Assembly: GCA_965248835.1 (NCBI GenBank)
Contig: CBDFLJ010000002.1
Location: 672,001 to 736,000, forward strand
DNA: 64,000 bases
Direction: 5' to 3'
Source of the DNA: Alphaproteobacteria bacterium
Lineage (GTDB): Bacteria; Pseudomonadota; Alphaproteobacteria; MPNO01
In this document: positions 62,139 through 64,000 of the stretch, piece after piece
Position numbering within the stretch: the stretch's first letter is position 1
Layout of the letters: every line of letters begins with the position of its first letter
Program-made: the position numbers and the translations under genes
The notes under the pieces: generated by a model
What the model was told of the DNA's origin: nothing
What the model saw: only the letters and a program-made list of their open reading frames with translations
Database searches by the model: none

Positions 62139-63410
62139 AGACCGACATTCCCTGCGCAGGAGTGTCGGTCCTGTTGGTTCTGGCGCCGCCGGCAGCCCAT
62201 TCGAGGATGGTTCCGAGATCGCCGTGGAGCGTGGCGTTCATCTCGCCGCGCTTCGCGCCAGGGGTAAGCACGATGCGCTCGATCAGCCCCCGGATGGCGG
62301 ATGCCGCCTCGTCGCGGTCGCGAGGATCGGCGAGGGCTTCGGCAAGGCGCTCCACCTTGCGCCGGTAGATGTCGGCGATCCGGGGGTGGATGTCCGAGAG
62401 GTCGGCCGGGACGGCGGAGAGGCGTGCGTTGAGTTCGTCCTGTCTCGCTTCGAGATCGCGCAGCCGGTCCATCATGCCGCGCACATAGCCGCCGTCCTCG
62501 ATGACGGCGATCGCAGTGGCGTATTTCTCCGACAGTTCCCCCTGCCGGGCCTTCGCGGCCTGCCAGAGTTCGTCGTCCACGATGCGCAGTTCCGGAACCT
62601 CGGTCACGATCCAGTCCTCAGTCGGGTTGATCCGCGCCACCCGCCGCCCGGTCTCTGGGTTCTTCACGAAGCGCTGCCGGTTCCACACCAGCCGGCCGAT
62701 ATAGAGTTCGTTATTGATGAGGCCCGTTCTCCGCTTGGCTTGGCCGCGAAGGGCGGAGTCGGTCCAGAGTTTCCCGGAGGGACCGGGGATGCCGTCCTTG
62801 TTCAGCCGCCGTGCGATGGCGCGCGGGCTGGCGCCGGAGGCAAACTCCCGGAATATCTGACGCACGATCTCCGCTTCGGTCTCATTGATCCGCCGCTCGC
62901 CCCGGATGAGCTCGCCGGCGGCATCGACCGCCTCCACCACGTCGTAACCGTAGCAAAGCCCACCGCCCGACTTGCCCTTCTCCACCCGGCCTCTGAGACC
63001 CCGGTGCGTCTTCGCCGCGAGGTCCTTCAGGAACAGCGCGTTCATGGTGCCTTTGAGCCCGACGTGAAGCTCGCTGATCTCGCCCTCGGCGAGCGTCAGG
63101 ATACCAACGCCCGCGAAGCGCAAATGCTTGTAGAGCGCCGCCACGTCTGCCTGGTCGCGGCTCACCCGGTCCAGCGCCTCGCGGCGGCCAAGACCTCGAA
63201 CCGGCCCCGCCTTGCGTCCTCCAGCAGCATCTGGATGCCGGGGCGCAGGATCACGCTGGCTCCCGACGCCGCCGAGTCGCGGTAGCACCCGGCAATGGAC
63301 CAGCCCTCGCGTTCGGCGTGCTCCTGGCAAACCCGGAACTGGTCCTCGATGGACGCCTGCCGTTGCAGGTCCGACGAATAGCGGGCATAGAGCGCGGCGC
63401 GCAGGGTCAT
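62130..63410 (-). pseudogene. Large serine recombinase (integrase), frameshifted near 63185 and internally deleted near 62500
   Basis: ALYARYSSDLQ...SIEDQ, EALDRVSRDQ and NELYIGRLVWNR. No zinc-ribbon segment. Confidence 0.85.
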
Positions 63411-63420
63411 CGGGGTTCTT

Positions 63421-63635
63421 CTATCTCTCGCCGGCCTCGCTCGCCGGCACATTGTCGTTGGCACATTGTCGTTGGCGGCGTCCTGCCGGGCGAATTGCTC
63501 GCGCGCGATGCGCCGCCCGGTCAGCCGCGCCAGCGTCATCACGGCGGCCTCGATCCGGGCTTCCGGCCCGCCGTTGTCGTTCGCGGCCGCGCGGCGCAAT
63601 CGCGTGCGCTCGCGGCCGTCCCCGTCTCTTCCCAT
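63421..63635 (-). pseudogene. Small AANDN-motif ORF upstream of the recombinase, frameshifted by a 14-bp tandem duplication
   Basis: ...AAANDNGG...LARLTGRRIAREQF...AANDNVP. GGCACATTGTCGTT is repeated at 63446-63473. Confidence 0.55.
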
Positions 63636-63805
63636 CGCTGCCGCGCTCCTGGAATATTCGTCCGTCAAGGGCGGATTTGAACCTGCGAGCAAGCGGTGTC
63701 AAACGGTTCGAATAGTGATTTTCACAGCAAAATCATAGACTTGAGAACGACCGCGCACCACTGGCGCGACAAGGGCAGACCCGCGTGCGATGAAAAAAAC
63801 TCTCA

Positions 63806-64000
63806 TCATCGCATCCTCGTATAGTCGGCCAGCGTCAAGACTGCCTCGCCATGCTCGGTCGGTGCGAGTGCATTGGCAAAACGAAGGTCCGCCGTCACCA
63901 CGGCCGCGCCGATTCGGTGCGCGAGCGCGAGATAGACGCAATCGTAAACCGGCCGGTCGAGCGCCAGCGCGATACGCACCGCGTCCGCGCAGACCGCCTC
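63806..64000 (-). CDS. vapC: PIN-domain (VapC-like) toxin, C-terminal part
   Basis: My translation: ...ALALDRPVYDCVYLALAHRIGAAVVTADLRF...*. Confidence 0.75.
   Translation of the reverse strand, partial: EAVCADAVRIALALDRPVYDCVYLALAHRIGAAVVTADLRFANALAPTEHGEAVLTLADYTRMR

Noticed and set aside
63421-63635. tmRNA gene suggested by the AANDN motif
   Set aside because: The motif lies inside a small ORF, with no tRNA-like ends and no hydrophobic ..AA* tag terminus.
63673-63688. tRNA gene
   Set aside because: Only a T-arm-like 16-mer. There is no acceptor stem, anticodon arm or CCA end.

Overview
GC-rich bacterial DNA, most likely an alphaproteobacterial accessory region, with four parts. (1) ~1-34.3 kb is a large surface-polysaccharide locus. 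It holds a putative three-component lipid-linked glycosylation module (nucleotidyltransferase-like, GtrA, GT2, a GT-C membrane protein fused to a phosphoribulokinase/uridine-kinase-like domain, HAD phosphatase, GDPD/PLC-like protein). It also holds Wzx, a Wzy/ligase-like protein, several GT2/GT4 enzymes, two asparagine-synthase-like amidotransferases, seven methyltransferase genes, wcaI, fcl and gmd. The locus is interrupted by an IS1380 transposition unit that carries a passenger gene into gtrA, and by a nested IS256-in-IS5-in-IS6 stack. (2) ~34.5-44.9 kb is a decayed patchwork: bioD, pntB, hsdR and epimerase remnants, an intact wcaJ, IS3/IS6 pieces, a Schlafen/AlbA_2-ATPase gene coupled to hsdM, and an orphan antitoxin. 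(3) ~44.9-61.9 kb is catabolic: a TRAP transporter, Rieske oxygenase, sulfatase-family hydrolase, a PhyH/liv-type ABC/hutC/hutU unit with tandem HutC-like operators, an isochorismatase-family hydrolase and a multicopper oxidase. (4) The end holds a decayed large serine recombinase element and a partial vapC. The most unusual signals are two covarying 23-nt CTTGA..TCAAG mini-hairpins inside the IS1380 transposase, several fold-back palindromes at decay junctions, the ISEcp1-style gene capture, the kinase-GT-C glycosylation module and the Schlafen-like defence candidate. I saw no rRNA, complete tRNA or CRISPR array. All product calls come from motif recognition by eye, without database searches.
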